Source: Azolla caroliniana
Taxonomy: Eukaryota; Plantae; Polypodiophyta
Length of the DNA stretch: 64,000 bases
Direction of reading: 5' to 3'
NCBI GenBank assembly: GCA_043228905.1
Contig: JBHGNT010000009.1
Span: forward strand, 9,424,001 to 9,488,000
Shown piece by piece: positions 11,860-25,597 of the stretch (position 1 is its first letter; each line of letters begins with the position of its first letter). The notes beneath the pieces are model-generated. The model was not told the DNA's origin. It did no database searches and worked only from the letters and a program-made list of their open reading frames with translations. The position numbers and the translations under genes are program-made.

Positions 11860-14550
11860 GACGACACGTCTCACGGGTAGTAGGGTTTGTACTAGGACCT
11901 GGTTTATGAGGATATTGGCAATGAAATGTGGTGACCATGTTTGTGGCATTGGAAAGATTTGTTGCAAGTTCCCAAGTTTGATCATTGGGGGTATAGCCTA
12001 ACCAAGTAATACAACTTGTTGCACACGATTTTAGAATCGAGAATGGCAGCAACCTCAAATTCAGGTCCTTCCAAGAACTCAACAGGTGGGGGGGGGGGAG
12101 TTGTAAGACGACCCGGAATTGAACTTGTGGTGTAAGGTTCCAAAAGGGATACATGAAACACCGGATAAAGACGCATGTGTGGAGGGAATCCAACACGAAA
12201 TGCAACATCACTTATCTTACCAATGATCAGGTACGGGCCAAAACGTTGGTAATCCAATTTACCGCAAGGCCAAGTGGTCTTGATGTTGTGGTGGAGAAGC
12301 CATACACGATCCCCAACATGGAACTTTTTGGAGGAGTTTAGGCAATGATGATCTGCAAGCCTCTTGTGTGTAACTTGAGCATCATGAAAATTGTGGAGAA
12401 TGGTAGCGTGAATTTGTTGGAGGCGACTAAGACGATCCTCAGCAACAGGGTTGGTAAGAACGTCTGGATGCGCATTAATCGTCCACCGAGGATGATAGCC
12501 CGTATTTGCAAAAACTGGGGAATATCCTGTAGAAGAATGGATTGAGTTGTTCTAAGAGAATTCAGCCAAGTGCAAAAAATCAACCCAATCATTTTGTTGG
12601 TAGTTGATGAAACAACGAAGATATTGCTCCAAAGTCTAGTTGGTACGCTCAATTTCATTAGTCTCAGGATGATAGCCCAAAGAAAGCTTAGCCGAAATTC
12701 GGAGAAGTTTGAACATGTGCTTCCAAAACTTTAAAATGAATTGTGGACCACGATCACTAATAATATCATTCGGAAGACCATGATGCTTAAATACCTCCCA
12801 CATAACTAGATCGACCACCTCTTGCCTAGTAATAGACTTCGTACATGGCAAGAAATGTGCCATTTTGGTAAGTCGATCAACCACCGTGAGAATTGCATCA
12901 AAACCTTTTGAAACGGGAAGATCGGTAATGAAATCCAAGGATATAGATCTCCAAGGATTTTCCGGAATGGGAAGTGGTTGTAGTAAGCCATAGGATTTGT
13001 GTCTAGGACTCTTTGATCGACAGCATGTATCACAACTACGAACATACTCCTCAACAAAATGACGAAGGCAAGGCCACCAATATTGTCGAGAGACTAATTC
13101 TAGAGTTTTGCGAACTCCAAAATGTCCAGCCATTGGTGAGACATGGCAATGTTGTAAAACTTGTAGTCATGGGGGACCATCAGGAACATACAATAGGTTT
13201 TGTCAAAACAGAAAACCACCATGCCAATAGAACTGACAATAGTCATTACGGGGGTTTTTTTACTGCGAACAAGAAGCACGATCCGAGACAATATGATCCA
13301 AAACATCCTTGGTGAATTCATCAACGGCCATATGATCTCGAATGGAATCAAGAAGAGTGGAATCTTCAAGTGTTGTTATGGCATTAAGTACCATTAATCG
13401 TAGGCGATTAGGACCCAAAAGGATTTGTTTTTTATGCTCAAATGCAGGTTCCCCTTGACAAAGTTCCATATAAGTGCATCGAGAAAGAGCATCTGCTTTG
13501 CCTTGCTGCATCTCGGGGCGATATATGATGACAAAGTCGAAGTGAGTCAAAAATTGTGCCCACCGGGCTTGTTGCCGACTCAAGATTCGAGCATTTTGGA
13601 AATATGTTAGGTTCTTATGATCATTGTAGATAATGATCTGATGAGAAGAACCTTCTAGAAAATATTTCCATTGTTGAAAAGAATCCACAATTGCAAGAAG
13701 TTCTTTGTCATGGATCTCGTAGTTTATTTCTACAGCTTCAAACTTTCGGAAATGAAAGGCGACAAGGTCTAGCTGTCCATCATCTCCAATCTGCGATAAG
13801 ACACTCCCTAGTGCAAAATCGAATGCATCAGCTTCAAGGATGAAGCGTTTTGTTGGGTCGACATGTGCTAAAATAGGTGTCGTTGTAAAAGCTCGTTTTA
13901 AGCTTTCAAATGCCTCAGTTGCATCTGAACTCCATATGAATAGTTTATTTTTGTGTGTGAGTTGAGTGAACGAAAGCACGACCTTGGAATAATTGTTGAT
14001 AAATTTCCGATAAAAATTTGCAAACCCAAGAAAACATTGCACATTGTGCACTAAAAGGGGCGTCTGCCACTCTAAAATTTCTTGAACATTCATGGGGTCC
14101 ATAGCAATACCATCCAATGATAAAACATACCCCAAACATTCCACTTGATTCTGGCCAAAACTACACTTTTCTAATTTTGCGTAGAGACCATATTCTCGTA
14201 ATCGACATAATATCGGATGAACATGTTCATCATGCTCCTCTTAGGTCTTCGAGTAGATCAAAATGTCATCTAGGTAGACTATAGTGAAGATATCGAGAAA
14301 ATTGTAGGTGGATTCGTGAGACCAGATGGCATCAAAGTATATTCACAATGTCCATAGCAAGTGTAAAAAGCAGTATTCCATTCATCCCCCGGATGAATCC
14401 AAACTAGATTATATGCACCGTGAAGGTCCAACTTCGTGAAATATTTTGCTCCACTGAGACGTTCCAAAAGATTCGGGATTAATGGTAGAGCATATCTATT
14501 CCGGATAGTCACTTTGTTTAATCCTTGATAATCCATGAACAATCGAAGAG
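11860..14550 (-). pseudogene. Chromovirus pol fragment: RT, RNase H, integrase, chromodomain
   Basis: ORFs 14279-14542, 13260-14144, 12636-13133 and 11982-12257 are homologous to pol 48726-51353, with stops and frameshifts. Confidence 0.92.
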
Positions 14551-15040
14551 TGTTGCCTCTTAGGAAACACGGGCCGTGGTCAGTCCTTCGACCTAGACCC
14601 CAAGGTGGATGTGGAACAATGAACAGAGCTTAATCGTACTACATAAGGAGAGAACCTCTGTGACTCCGTTGTGTGTAAGGGGAGACGGCTACAACCGACT
14701 CCTTCTCACAGGTTGCGCTTACGTACTACTACGATTACGTATCCGAGTCACAGACACTGAATTAGTCGTAGCTATACACAGAAACTCAGAGAAGATAGTA
14801 TTCTATTATCAGGCGTTCTTTTTACAATTCCCAGAATTTACACACACCTCCTTACGAGGTTTTCTGCGCTTTATATATGCAGGGTCTAATTAGCCGTTCA
14901 CGCGTCCCCGCGTGAACCGTTACATACACTACGCTTTATATAGTTTCTTATTCCTACGCTTTTGGCCGTCGGTTACTATTCCGGCGGACAACACCTGGCA
15001 CACATGTGGGACAGTGCCTTTGCACATCGGACCCATCCCG

Positions 15041-17450
15041 TTAATCTTTTTCCAAAATGCCCCGGATGTTTGGCTCTGTTGTGGTGTCCTCAGCCGGAGT
15101 TGATGTAGGGCCCGTAGGAGCATCGTGGTGCGGCTCCTCTGCTTGGTCGGCCTGGTTTCTCCCGGAGTCGCCTTCGCCGTGTGCGGGTGGTCCGGGTACG
15201 ATGGGATCTTCTTGAGTTCGTGGACTGGGCTCCGCTGGTAACGTGCTTGTTGTTGGCTGCTGCTCCACCTCTATTGTTACGTCCTCCGCGGTGTTGGCCG
15301 TTTTTGTGTGTCCCTGGGCGTGGGGCGGGGATTCCGCCTGGTCCGCACTATTTTCCGCATTTTCTGAAGATGGCGTGGGCTGGACCTTTTGTTGGTTAAT
15401 CATTTCGTTGTTTGGTCTTGTGGGAACTCCACTCGTTCGTCCCCGCTATTCTCCTCCATTTTCCTTGCTGGTGATCAATCCTGAGGTTCCTCTTCTTCGG
15501 CTGGGCCCGAAATTGGTGTCTCGCTGGGTTCCTCGTTTGTATGCGTTTTGTCGGTTTGTGTGATCTGGTGAAATAACTCCTCCTGACTTTCACCAAAATC
15601 ATCTAGGAGTTGTACGAGTTCTTCGGAGTGTTGGTCTGTTAACGCGCGATAGTCTTGCGCTAGGTCCTCCCGTACGGTCGCAATGCTCTCCTCGTTTAGC
15701 TTATAAAACCCTCGACCGTCTTTCCGCTAGTTCTCCCAGTCCGCACGATACGCGTGCAATTCCGCTACTTGGGTTGCCCACGCCATCCATCCTTTGTCCA
15801 ACGCCGTTTTTAATTGCGTTGTGAACCTTTCCCGGTTGGTTTGGAGAAGGATGTGCACGTTATCCGTGATGGCCTGGCAGTGGTTGCGTGCGTCTTCCAT
15901 CGACTTCTGGAGATTTGCGATTTCCTGCTGTTTAACGGTTGCCGCTTCCTCATACGTGGCCTTCAGGCCCGCCCACAGCTGGGATTCCTTTTCATGTTGT
16001 TTTTCTAATTTCCCCATTTCATTGTTTAGGTGGATTTCGAGTTGATGTCGTCTGTCTTGTTCGACTACCAACTGTTCATCAAACCATACCTTCTTTTTCT
16101 CTAATAAGGCCCGAAGCCCCGCTATTGCCGCCTCTGATTTCTTCGCGTCCTCTCATAATTGGGCATTGTCGTCTTTTGTCCGGATGTGCTGTGCCACCTC
16201 CGTAGCTAGTTTCTCTTCAAGCGTTTTTACGGCTTTTCGTCCGTTAGCCCGTATCTCCTTTTCTCTGTTGAAGGCGGTCAATTTCGGATTCCGCTAGCTG
16301 CACGGCCCTTTTTGCTTTTGAGGTGATGGCGGTCTGAGCCTCGATTTCTTCTTTGAGAGCGTCGATAACGTGGTTCGGTGGCGGGGTTTCGTGTTGCGCC
16401 GTAGTCGTATGAGCTTCTAACTCGGCGATGTGTGCGTTGGCCTTTTGTAGTTCGGCTTCGGTCATTTTAACCTTCTTCCAGACATTCTTATTTTTTATGG
16501 CCATCTCCTTGGCACCCGTGCTGACCTTTGCCAGTTCCCGATGGACTTCGACAAGGGTCGTGTTTAAGGGTGGTATTTCCATCCCTACTCGTCGTACCCC
16601 AGCGTTCCTCTGTCTGCCGACCCTGGCCAGCTGGTCCTCATCGTCGCTCTCTATTGTTTGTGTTAGGGCGCGCTCTATCATCTGTCATTCTGCATGCTCC
16701 TCGGCCATGCGTTGAGCGGTTTTGACCTATTGTGCTGCCAAGAACTCCATGAGCTCAAAAGAGCTCCCGAACTGCAAGAGGGCGCTGAATATCCGGATAT
16801 GCCAAAACCTCGCTTTCCGCCGTCAATACGGCTTTCCCTCATTGGGACTGAGTCGTAATAATCAGTCGCGGCTCCCGGATGATTTCGAAGGTTGTATTCG
16901 GCTCTACTGTTGCGGGGCCTTCGCTTGCGGTTGGTTCCTCCTCCCATGTTGGGGCCGCTAACTCCGCTAACCTGCGTTTCGCGGAGCGGGGCGGGGCCGT
17001 GGGTTGGCGGCTGGGCTGTGGTGCTGGTAGACCTCGGGGTGGAAACAGTACCGTAAGGTATTGTTGGATGATTACCCGGAGCTTTTTGCCTGCTTGGTAC
17101 GAATGAAAGCCTTCCCGTAACGCCGGCCCTGTGATGACGCCCCAGTCGACTGTACGCCCCTCAAAGGTGTCGATAATGATGCCCGCCTTCTGTTTAGGCA
17201 TCCCGTAAGCATTGACATGGACGCAGCCTACTTCCAGTAGGAACTTGGCCACTTCATGGAAGAAGGGATCTGGAATCTATTTTGTTCTATAGGCTTTGGC
17301 GGAGGATGAGTATGGGCCAAAATATCGTTGCAACACCTTTGTAGGAGGTATTTCGAAATGTCTTTCGCCTAGTGAAGATAGGTCTAACTTCTTCTGAATG
17401 GAAGAGTTTGTGACCGTGTCGATGTTAAGCCGCCTGGCGATGTCCATGGC
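15041..17450 (-). pseudogene. Extra ORF downstream of integrase (globular N-terminus, coiled coil, Pro/Thr/Glu-rich tail), fragmented
   Basis: Successive same-strand ORF pieces 17277-17504, 16839-17252, 16244-16681, 15727-16071 and 15041-15403, separated by stops or frameshifts. Confidence 0.65.
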
Positions 17451-17868
17451 GGAGGTGCTTCTGCGACCCGAATATAACCATCCAGGCGCTTCTCCACGAG
17501 CCATCGGCGTAGGGCAGTAGAGATGAAGATCGGTATCGCCAGGGTAGGTTCGTGGGGAGGCGACGGGTAGCAGTGGTGAGTTAGAGCTCTGAGATGTGAT
17601 GGGGAAGAAGGTGAGGAGGAGCGATGGGAGCGCTGATAGCTAGACTCTGTGTTTCTGCTTTGTGCAGAAAACCTTCTATTTCCTTCTTTTTGTGGCTTAG
17701 GGTTCCTTGGGCGGTGAGCCATCGTGGTGTCGCGTGTTCTTGAACTAGGAGTTTGTGCATGCCTTTAGTCATTTTAATAGTTTTTTTTCTTTTTCTTTTT
17801 TTTCTTTTTTTTTCTAACGGTTAGTTACCCCCTATTTTTACATTATAGTACAATTGGGCCTGTCCCTT

Positions 17869-20507
17869 TTACGTTGCGGGTTCTCCGGCTTTGTCCTGTT
17901 CGGCGGTGAATGGGTTAGGTGGTGTAGGGCCCAGGTAAGGTTTGAGCCGAAACCCATTCACTTTTTGCCGTACTATTTCTCCAGCCAGTGTTCCTAGTTG
18001 GAACGTGCCCTGTTCCGCTCCAATTATCCAGTATGGGCCGGTCCAGCGGAAACGTAGCTTACCCGGCATCTGGCCCATGCGTGTTTGAAAAACTAGCACC
18101 GCTCGGCCCACGGCGAACTCCTTTTCCCTTGCGCTCCGATGCCGATCGACAAATGCTTTACGTCGTCGCTGTTCTTCTTCCAACACAGCCATGCTGTGGA
18201 CGCGTTTCTCCCCTAGTTCGAGGAGTTGGTAGAGCCGTTCCTCCTCTGACTTGGCTTCTGATAATCGGTTCCGTACCTAAATGCACAAACTAGGTACCCG
18301 GAATTCGACCGGCATTACCGCTTCTAGTCCAAACGCTAGCCGGAACGGTGTTGACCGTATGCTTGTTTTGTAACTAGTTCTATACGCCCATAACGCGCTC
18401 TGGAGTTTGGTATCCCAGTCCGTTCTGTTTTCATTGACGGTTTTCTTTAAAATGGTCTGTAAAGTTTTGTTCGTGGATTCCGCTAATCCATTCGCCTGCG
18501 GGTAGTATGGCGTGCTTTTCTTGTGGACGACTGCGTAATATTGTGTTAGTTCCCGAACCACCGTATTGAGGAAGTGGCTCCCCTGGTCACTGATGAGCTC
18601 AATCGGGCAGCCGAACCGGCACCAGATGTGCTCGTACAGAAATTTGGCTGTGACGGCCGCCGTATTTTCCCGTAGTGCCTTTGCTTCTACCCATTTGGTA
18701 CAGTAATCCGTGGCTACCAATATATATTTGTTACCCGTACGGGCTGCTGCTGGTGTGAAGGGCCCCACAAAATCCAATCCCCACTTTTGGAAGGGGTCCA
18801 GTGGTAGCACGGGCTGATGTGGCATCCTTGCGTCCTCCGCGGGCTGACCCATCCACTGGCACAAATCACACTTTCTACAATACTCGGATGCGTCCTTCTG
18901 TGTTGTTGGCCACCATAAGGCCGCCTGCCATACTTTGCAGGTTGTCACATTGCCTGCGTAATGGCCGTCGGTCGTGCCGCAGTGTGCCTCCTGTAACACT
19001 GCTTCTTTTTCATCCTGACCGACTCCCCGTTGCCAAATGCCGTCACTTCCTTTGTGGTATAAATACCCTTCGACCAGGCAGAAGTGACGGCTTCGGACGG
19101 CTAGTCGTTTCTGTTGGGAAATAGGTCCCTCCGGATGGGAAGGAAGAAGATCAGTGACGATGAACAAACAGGTCCCTCCGAATGGGAAACCGTATGAGGA
19201 GCACCCCGGCTACGGAGAGCCGGATGGTGCAGGCCCGGTATGAACCGGATGAGGAGTACCCGGCTACGGAGAGCCGGATGGTGCAGGCCCGGTATGAACC
19301 GGATGAGGAGTACCCGGCTACGGAGACCCGGATGGTGCAGACTCGGTATGAACCGGATGAGGAGTACCCGGCTACGGAGACCCGGATGGTGCAGGCCCGG
19401 TACGAACCGGATGAGGAGTACGCGGCTATGGAGAGCCGGATGGTGCAGACCCGGTATGAACCGGAGGAAGAGACATATTCGTAAATATGTTTCTGAGAGC
19501 CCATCGTGGCTATATTTGTAAATAGCCGAAAAGTCATATTAGTATAAATATGACTAAGGGCAAACTAATATTTTGTTGTTGTCAATTTTTCTCTATTACA
19601 CGAGATTCGTGTGCGTAACGTTGTACAGAGAGAGAGAGAGAGAAAGAGGTCGCTACCTCTGTTGTAACCGCCGCCTGTGGCGAAGAGCGTGAGTCCAAGG
19701 TCGATGCCTCCGTGAACTCACTGTTTTGTACATTCATACATAGTGACAGTTTGCAGCCTGTGGGCTGCCGTGGTTTTTCCCCTAGTTTGGGGTTTTCCAC
19801 GTAAACCTCCTGTGTACCATTTCTCTTCTTTGTGTCGCGTTTCATTACCTGTTTTTCTGTGTATGAAAAGAAGCTCAGTTGTGGCCGAGCGTTGCGCATA
19901 AGGAACAATCAGTTCCTGTCAGTTTCTTCTCGTCTGTGCGTAATTGTGGTGGAGGCAGTCCTGTAGTCAAAAAGTACGTCATTTCCATAAGCCATCGATC
20001 CGGAAAGGTGGATTCCGTTTTTTCTGCAATTGTCGCTACTCGCCAGATGTCGGCGTCCGGAAAATCGTCGTCGTCTTTCTGTACTGTTTCTCCACTCTCA
20101 AGTCTGCTCAAAAAATCCGCCACTGCGTGTTGCGTCCCTGGCCTGTGCTGAATTACGAACTCGAATTCCTGGAGTAGCAGCATCCACCGCACCAATTTCC
20201 CTGTCAGGGCTTGTTTCTCTACCAAATACAATAATGCCGAATGATCCACGTGGAACGTGAATTTCCGTCCTAGTAAATAATGTCGGAATTTATTGATGCT
20301 ATAGATCATCCATAGCGCCTCCCGCTCTGTTGTGGAATAGTTACGCTCTTCTGCTGATAATTTACGACTTGTGTAGTATACTGGCATGTACCGGTTTGGT
20401 TCGGTGAGTTGCATTAGCGTGCTTCCTATTGCTGTGTTCGAGGCGTCGATGAACACGTGAAATGGTTTCGCCCAAACTGGAGGTTGTACTACGGGGGCCT
20501 GTGTAAG
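17869..20507 (-). pseudogene. RNase H and integrase of the Arg-primed Gypsy (split by solo LTR)
   Basis: DASN...NYSTTEREAL, HHCC, WGLDFVGP...SDQG...NGLAE, WTGPY. Confidence 0.93.
19112..19921. mobile_element. Solo LTR family A with 54-bp tandem repeat (~5 copies), TSD GTTTC
   Basis: TG..CA. GTTTC at 19107-19111 and 19922-19926. Removal restores RTDEKK|RLAVRSR. Confidence 0.94.
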
Positions 20508-20963
20508 TGTTGAGAGACAAGCTCAACATCGGCCGGATCGGTAAAGAAGCCGAGGACCGGATCGGTTGGGACCGATCGGTTAGGCTGAGTGCGTAAACCG
20601 GGAGATCGTTAGGAAAGATCTTCCGTGAGGAATATATTTGGGAGTTAGTGTAGGAGCTCTTAATGAGCATTGAAGTAATGTCAGTACTTCGGTCAGTCCT
20701 TCCAGGATTTGTATAAAAGTGTTCACTAAGCACGTCTTATGTACAGAGATTGAGTGTTATTGTTGAATATACTTTTTTGTGTTTCTCTCTGTCTCTCCTG
20801 CGTATACCGTGTAAGCCTAAGCTCTCCATTGAACCTGAATTTCCTTCCTCTGTTCTGTCTTCATACCTGCTTCCGCACGCTACTTTCTACATGGTATCAG
20901 AGCGCGAGGGTTGAGAACCTCTCTGCAGCCGACACAGCTTGACGAAGAAGAACAAGAAGAACG

Positions 20964-23900
20964 ATGGATAGAGGCATGGCGAGCTCGCTTCCAACAGAGA
21001 AGCTCGACAGAACCAACTACGCGTCTTGGTCCTACAAGATGCACCAGTACCTGCTCGGGCACGGCTACTGGAATTATGTCGAAGGAGCTAATGACGCGGC
21101 ACCCGAATCGACACACAGAGACTTCCCGTCGTGGGAGCAATCAGCGAGCAGGGTACTATACTGCTTCGCGTCGTGTGTGGGTGAACAACTATTGAGCTAT
21201 GTTCGGGATGCAAAGACGCCGAAGGGTGCGTGGGAAAATCTGAAGAAGATTTTCGCCGCGAGCACCACAGCTAGGAAGCTTCAGCTCCGACAGTAGTTGA
21301 GCAACCTACGACAACGCGACTTGTCGGTGGCGGACTATACCTCGAAGATCAAGGATATCTGCGACTCCCTCGCCTCCATAGAGGTGAACATCGAGGAGAG
21401 CGAGATGGTCCAGATCTATCTTGGAGGTTTGGCGTCGAAGTTCGGAGCGTTCCGAACGGCTGTGTGCACCCAGGAGAATACGTCGTCCTTTTTCGACTTA
21501 CAGTCGATGCTCCTGGTAGAGGAGAACCACGCGGGTGCGTCTACAAGCGCGCACACCGACAACAGAATGTTGTACACGGAGGGAGATAGGCCCCGTGGAC
21601 GTGGAGGACGAGGCAAGTCGGCACGCAATGGAAGCGGCCAACGAGATCAAGGAAGAAGGCACCGAAGTGATGCCGACAGCAACTCCGAACCCTCCAGAAA
21701 CAGGGGGAGTCGAAGCGATGAGAACCGGCAAGGGAAGGCCATCGCGGAGTGCTGGTACTGTGCCAAGAAAGGCCACAGGGAAAGCGAGTGCTGGAAGAAG
21801 TGCACCGATTCGGAGAGAACTGGTTCCGGGAACGGCTCCAGACATACCAACAAAGGAAATCGGCAGCGATTGCACTACGCCAAAGACTCTGGGAGAGCCG
21901 GAGAAGGTTCTGTCTTCGTGATGAAACACGAAGCAAACTCAATGAAACAGAGCACCCCGAGATCGGACGAGGTGTGGTACGTAGACTCCGGCGCGTTAAA
22001 CCACATGACGAGCCATAAGGAGTGGTTCTCGTACCTTGAAAAACCGATACAACCGGGAGTAGTCACAACAGGAGACGACACTCCGCATCTAATCGCGAAT
22101 GTCAGAGAAGTTCCCCTTAGCCATGTCGAGCAGAAAGGGAAACTCAAGAACGTGTTGCACGTTCCGACAATCACGAAGAACTTGGTCTCGGTCGGACAGA
22201 TCGTCGACCAAGGGATGGAGGTTCGGTTTACACACCTCAAGTGCTTCATTGAGGAAGAAGGCCGAGTGATTGCGCAAGGGCGCAGAGACGGGAGGATGTT
22301 CATCCTCGATTCCACTGACGGTGGCACCGCAATGTTTGCGAAGGGACAAAAAGCGGAGTCAGACATCGACTTGTGGCACAAGCGGATAGGCCACGTCAAC
22401 TACCAGCGGCTTCAAGATCTGCAATCGAAATAGGTAGTGTTCGGATTGCCCAAGTTTAGTGTCTGAAAGGCACAAATTTGTGAAGCCTGCCAGCTCGGGA
22501 AGCAACACCGATTTCCTTTCCCCAACGAGCGAAACCGGAGCCGGAACAAGCTCGACCTTATACACTCGGATGTGTGGGGGCCGGCACAAAACGTTAGCCT
22601 TGGCGGGAGCCGATATTTCGTCTCCTTCATCGATGACCACACGCGGCACACGTGGATCTACCTCATTGAGAGGAAGAGCGAAGTCTTCGACTATTTCCGG
22701 GACCTCAAAGGGTTCGTGGAAACGGAAACGGGACGAAAGATCAAGTGCCTGCGGTCGGATGGCAGGAAAGAGTACTTTTCCAGTCAATTCAACGGTTATC
22801 TACAACAAATGGGAATTCAGCGCGAATTCAGTTGTAGATACACGCCGGAGCAGAACGGCGTGGCCGAGAGGAAGAATCGGTCGATCGTGGAAGCGGCACG
22901 GGCAATGCTGGAGGAGAAGAGCTTGCCCAAGTTCTACTAGGCCGAGGCGGTAAGGACCGCGGTATACATCCAGAACCGGATCGGAGACAAAGTGTCGGCG
23001 CACGAGCTATATTTCGGAACGAAGCCGAACTTGCGACACTTGAGGGTGTTCGGTAGCATTGCGTATGTGCATGTACCGAAGGAGAAAAGGAGGAAGCTGG
23101 ACGCAAAGGCCGAGAAGTGCATCTTGGTCAGTTACTCGGACAAGCAGAAGGGTTATAAGTGCTATAACCCTCGCACCAAACAAGCGCGTGTCAGCCGCGA
23201 CGTTGTGTTTGACGAGTCCGCGTCCTGGTACCTGCCCTCGCCTCGGAACCCCGACTCCAATACGAGTTCTGACGATAAGGTCAGCGAGGCCGAGATGCCT
23301 CCGAATGAGCCCAAAATCGAGACCCACGAAGAGAGTCTGATTTCACTCCGGTTAAGTGGACCGATTGGACGACTGAGTCGGTACGACCAGTCCGATGAAG
23401 AGTCGGCAAGTAGTGGAGACTCGGCCGTGCTTTCCCCGCGCAGGAAGCCGAGGAGACGGCTTACACGCAAAGAGAAAGGGAAGAAGAAGGTGTCGGATTC
23501 CGGCACGGAAAGGAACGAGTCAGACCGACGCGAGTCCAACTCCGAGGGAACCGGTGACGGGTCTTTAAAGGTGAAGACTGCGTCGACTGAGAAGGCCTCG
23601 ACATCGGCTAATGTGAGATTACACCGATCTACCCGCCAGAAGAACCCAGTTGTGCAGTTCGGATACAACGAGTACATGGCGCATCATTATGTGTACATGA
23701 CCCGTGTAGCGGAAGTGCGTGAGCCTGAGAGCTACGCAGAAGCGGCGAAGGATGCGAATTGGCGCGCCGCGATGGAGGAAGAGAAGCACGCATTGGCGGA
23801 GAACGAGACCTGGGACCTAGTTGACGCATCGAAGGGTGTGAAGCCGATCGGGTGTAGATGGGTGTACAAAATCAAGTACAACATCGATGGCTCGGTCAAC

Positions 23901-24844
23901 CGGTACAAGGCTCGGCTAGTGGCAAAGGGCTACGCGCAAAAACACGGCATCGACTACGATGAGACGTTTGCGCCGGTCGCGAAAATGACGATCATCCGTG
24001 TTTTGCTCGCAGTAGCCGCGGCCAAGGGGTTGCACTTACATCAGATGGCTGTAAAGAATGCATTCCTGCAAGGTGACCTTGAGGAACAGGTGTACATGGT
24101 ACAGCCCCCTGGATTTCACTCCGGAACGAACTCCTCGACAGTCTGCCGATTGAAGAAGTCCCTTTACGGACTGAAGCAAGCCCCGCGTGCCTGGAACGCG
24201 AAGATCACGCAACAACTGCGTCGGTTGGGCTTCGTCACGTCAAAATCGGACTCTTCCCTGTTCATCCGGAAAGGTCGACTCGGACCGGTTAGTATTTTAC
24301 TATATGTTGATGACTTGGTCATCACCGACGCCGACCTAGGTGAAATCGACTGCGTGAAGCTCCAGCTTGCGGCATCGTTCGACGTGAAGGATCTGGGGGA
24401 CCTTCATTACTTCCTCGGGATCGAAGTGATCCATACCCCCGAAGGCATATTGATCAGCCAACGTCATTACGTGCTGAGTATGCTCTTCAAACTCAGGATG
24501 GCCGACTGTAAGTCCATCTCGACTCCTCTGGACAGAACCGTGAAGCTTCGTCCCGATACAGGAAAGGTATGCGACCCGACGAGGTTCCGACAAATTGTCG
24601 AAAGCCTCATATACTTGACCATCACCCGACCCGACCTCAGTTATCCGGTCGGGGTGATCAGTCAGTTCATGGCGCGACCTACCGAGGAGCACCTTCAGTG
24701 TGCGCAACGCGTACTTCGGTACATAAGTGGCACTAAGGACCGAGGACTGCTATATCGGATCGGTGCAGCCGTGCAGCTAGTCGGCTACACCGATGCTGAT
24801 TGGGCTGGCAACGCCGCCGATCGCCGATCCACCTCTGGATACGC
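20964..24844 (+). pseudogene. Copia gag-PR-INT-RT polyprotein with in-frame stops
   Basis: CCHC knuckle, WYVDSGA, HSDVWGP...QNGVAERKNR, YKARLVAKGY, LYVDD. One frame broken by TAG/TGA at 21294, 22431, ~22464 and 22938. Confidence 0.95.
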
Positions 24845-25253
24845 TGTCGAGATAATTACGCAAGTGCGTATGAAAATGAGGCGGGACCGCGGGGGTCACG
24901 AACCAAAGAGCAAGCAAGGGAGGAGAAAGAGAGAGAACCTGCTACGCAGGACCGGGGATACGCAGGGACACGGCCCTTCAGCACGGAGAACGTGAACAGA
25001 CACTGACACAGACAGATGCGAATGACTAAATAAGTGTATTAACAAAAATGGCTAACACGACTACAACCCTCGATGGGGCACAGGTTGTTTACAACCGAAC
25101 AGGCCGGCGAACAGATGCCGATGCCTGTTCGCTTCGAAACACAAACGGGGTGGCAGGTCGGAGGTGCTGCCGGAAGCACTCGGGCGTTCCTCGAAACAGC
25201 GCGAGCCTCCTCAGAACCCTGCACAGAAGCTATGGAGCTTGAGAAGGAAGGAA

Positions 25254-25295
<42 letters not shown>

Positions 25296-25597
25296 GTCCA
25301 GAAACGGTCCGGCAGCACTTCGTCCTCTCCGCGCGAGATCCCCCCGCACTTCTATTCTTCCTCTTCCCTTTTATAGCCCGTCAAGAGGCCGTTTGGCATT
25401 AACTGCATACCCCCGAATCTACCCACCTAGGATCCTCGTATGTACTTCTTGGCGCGCGTGTGTGCAGAGCCGTTTCCCACGCCTTGTTCCTCCGATTCCT
25501 CTTGTGGGCGGTTTTCTTCACGACATCCGCCCCCACCTAACCGCGCATCCACCGGTATGCGCCAAATTAAGTTGGCACGGAGAAAACCGGCCCGCCT

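Noticed and set aside
21294-21296. TAG in Copia gag as programmed read-through
   Set aside because: It lies mid-gag, is one of several in-frame stops in this copy, and the related 8.1-kb copy has a sense codon there.
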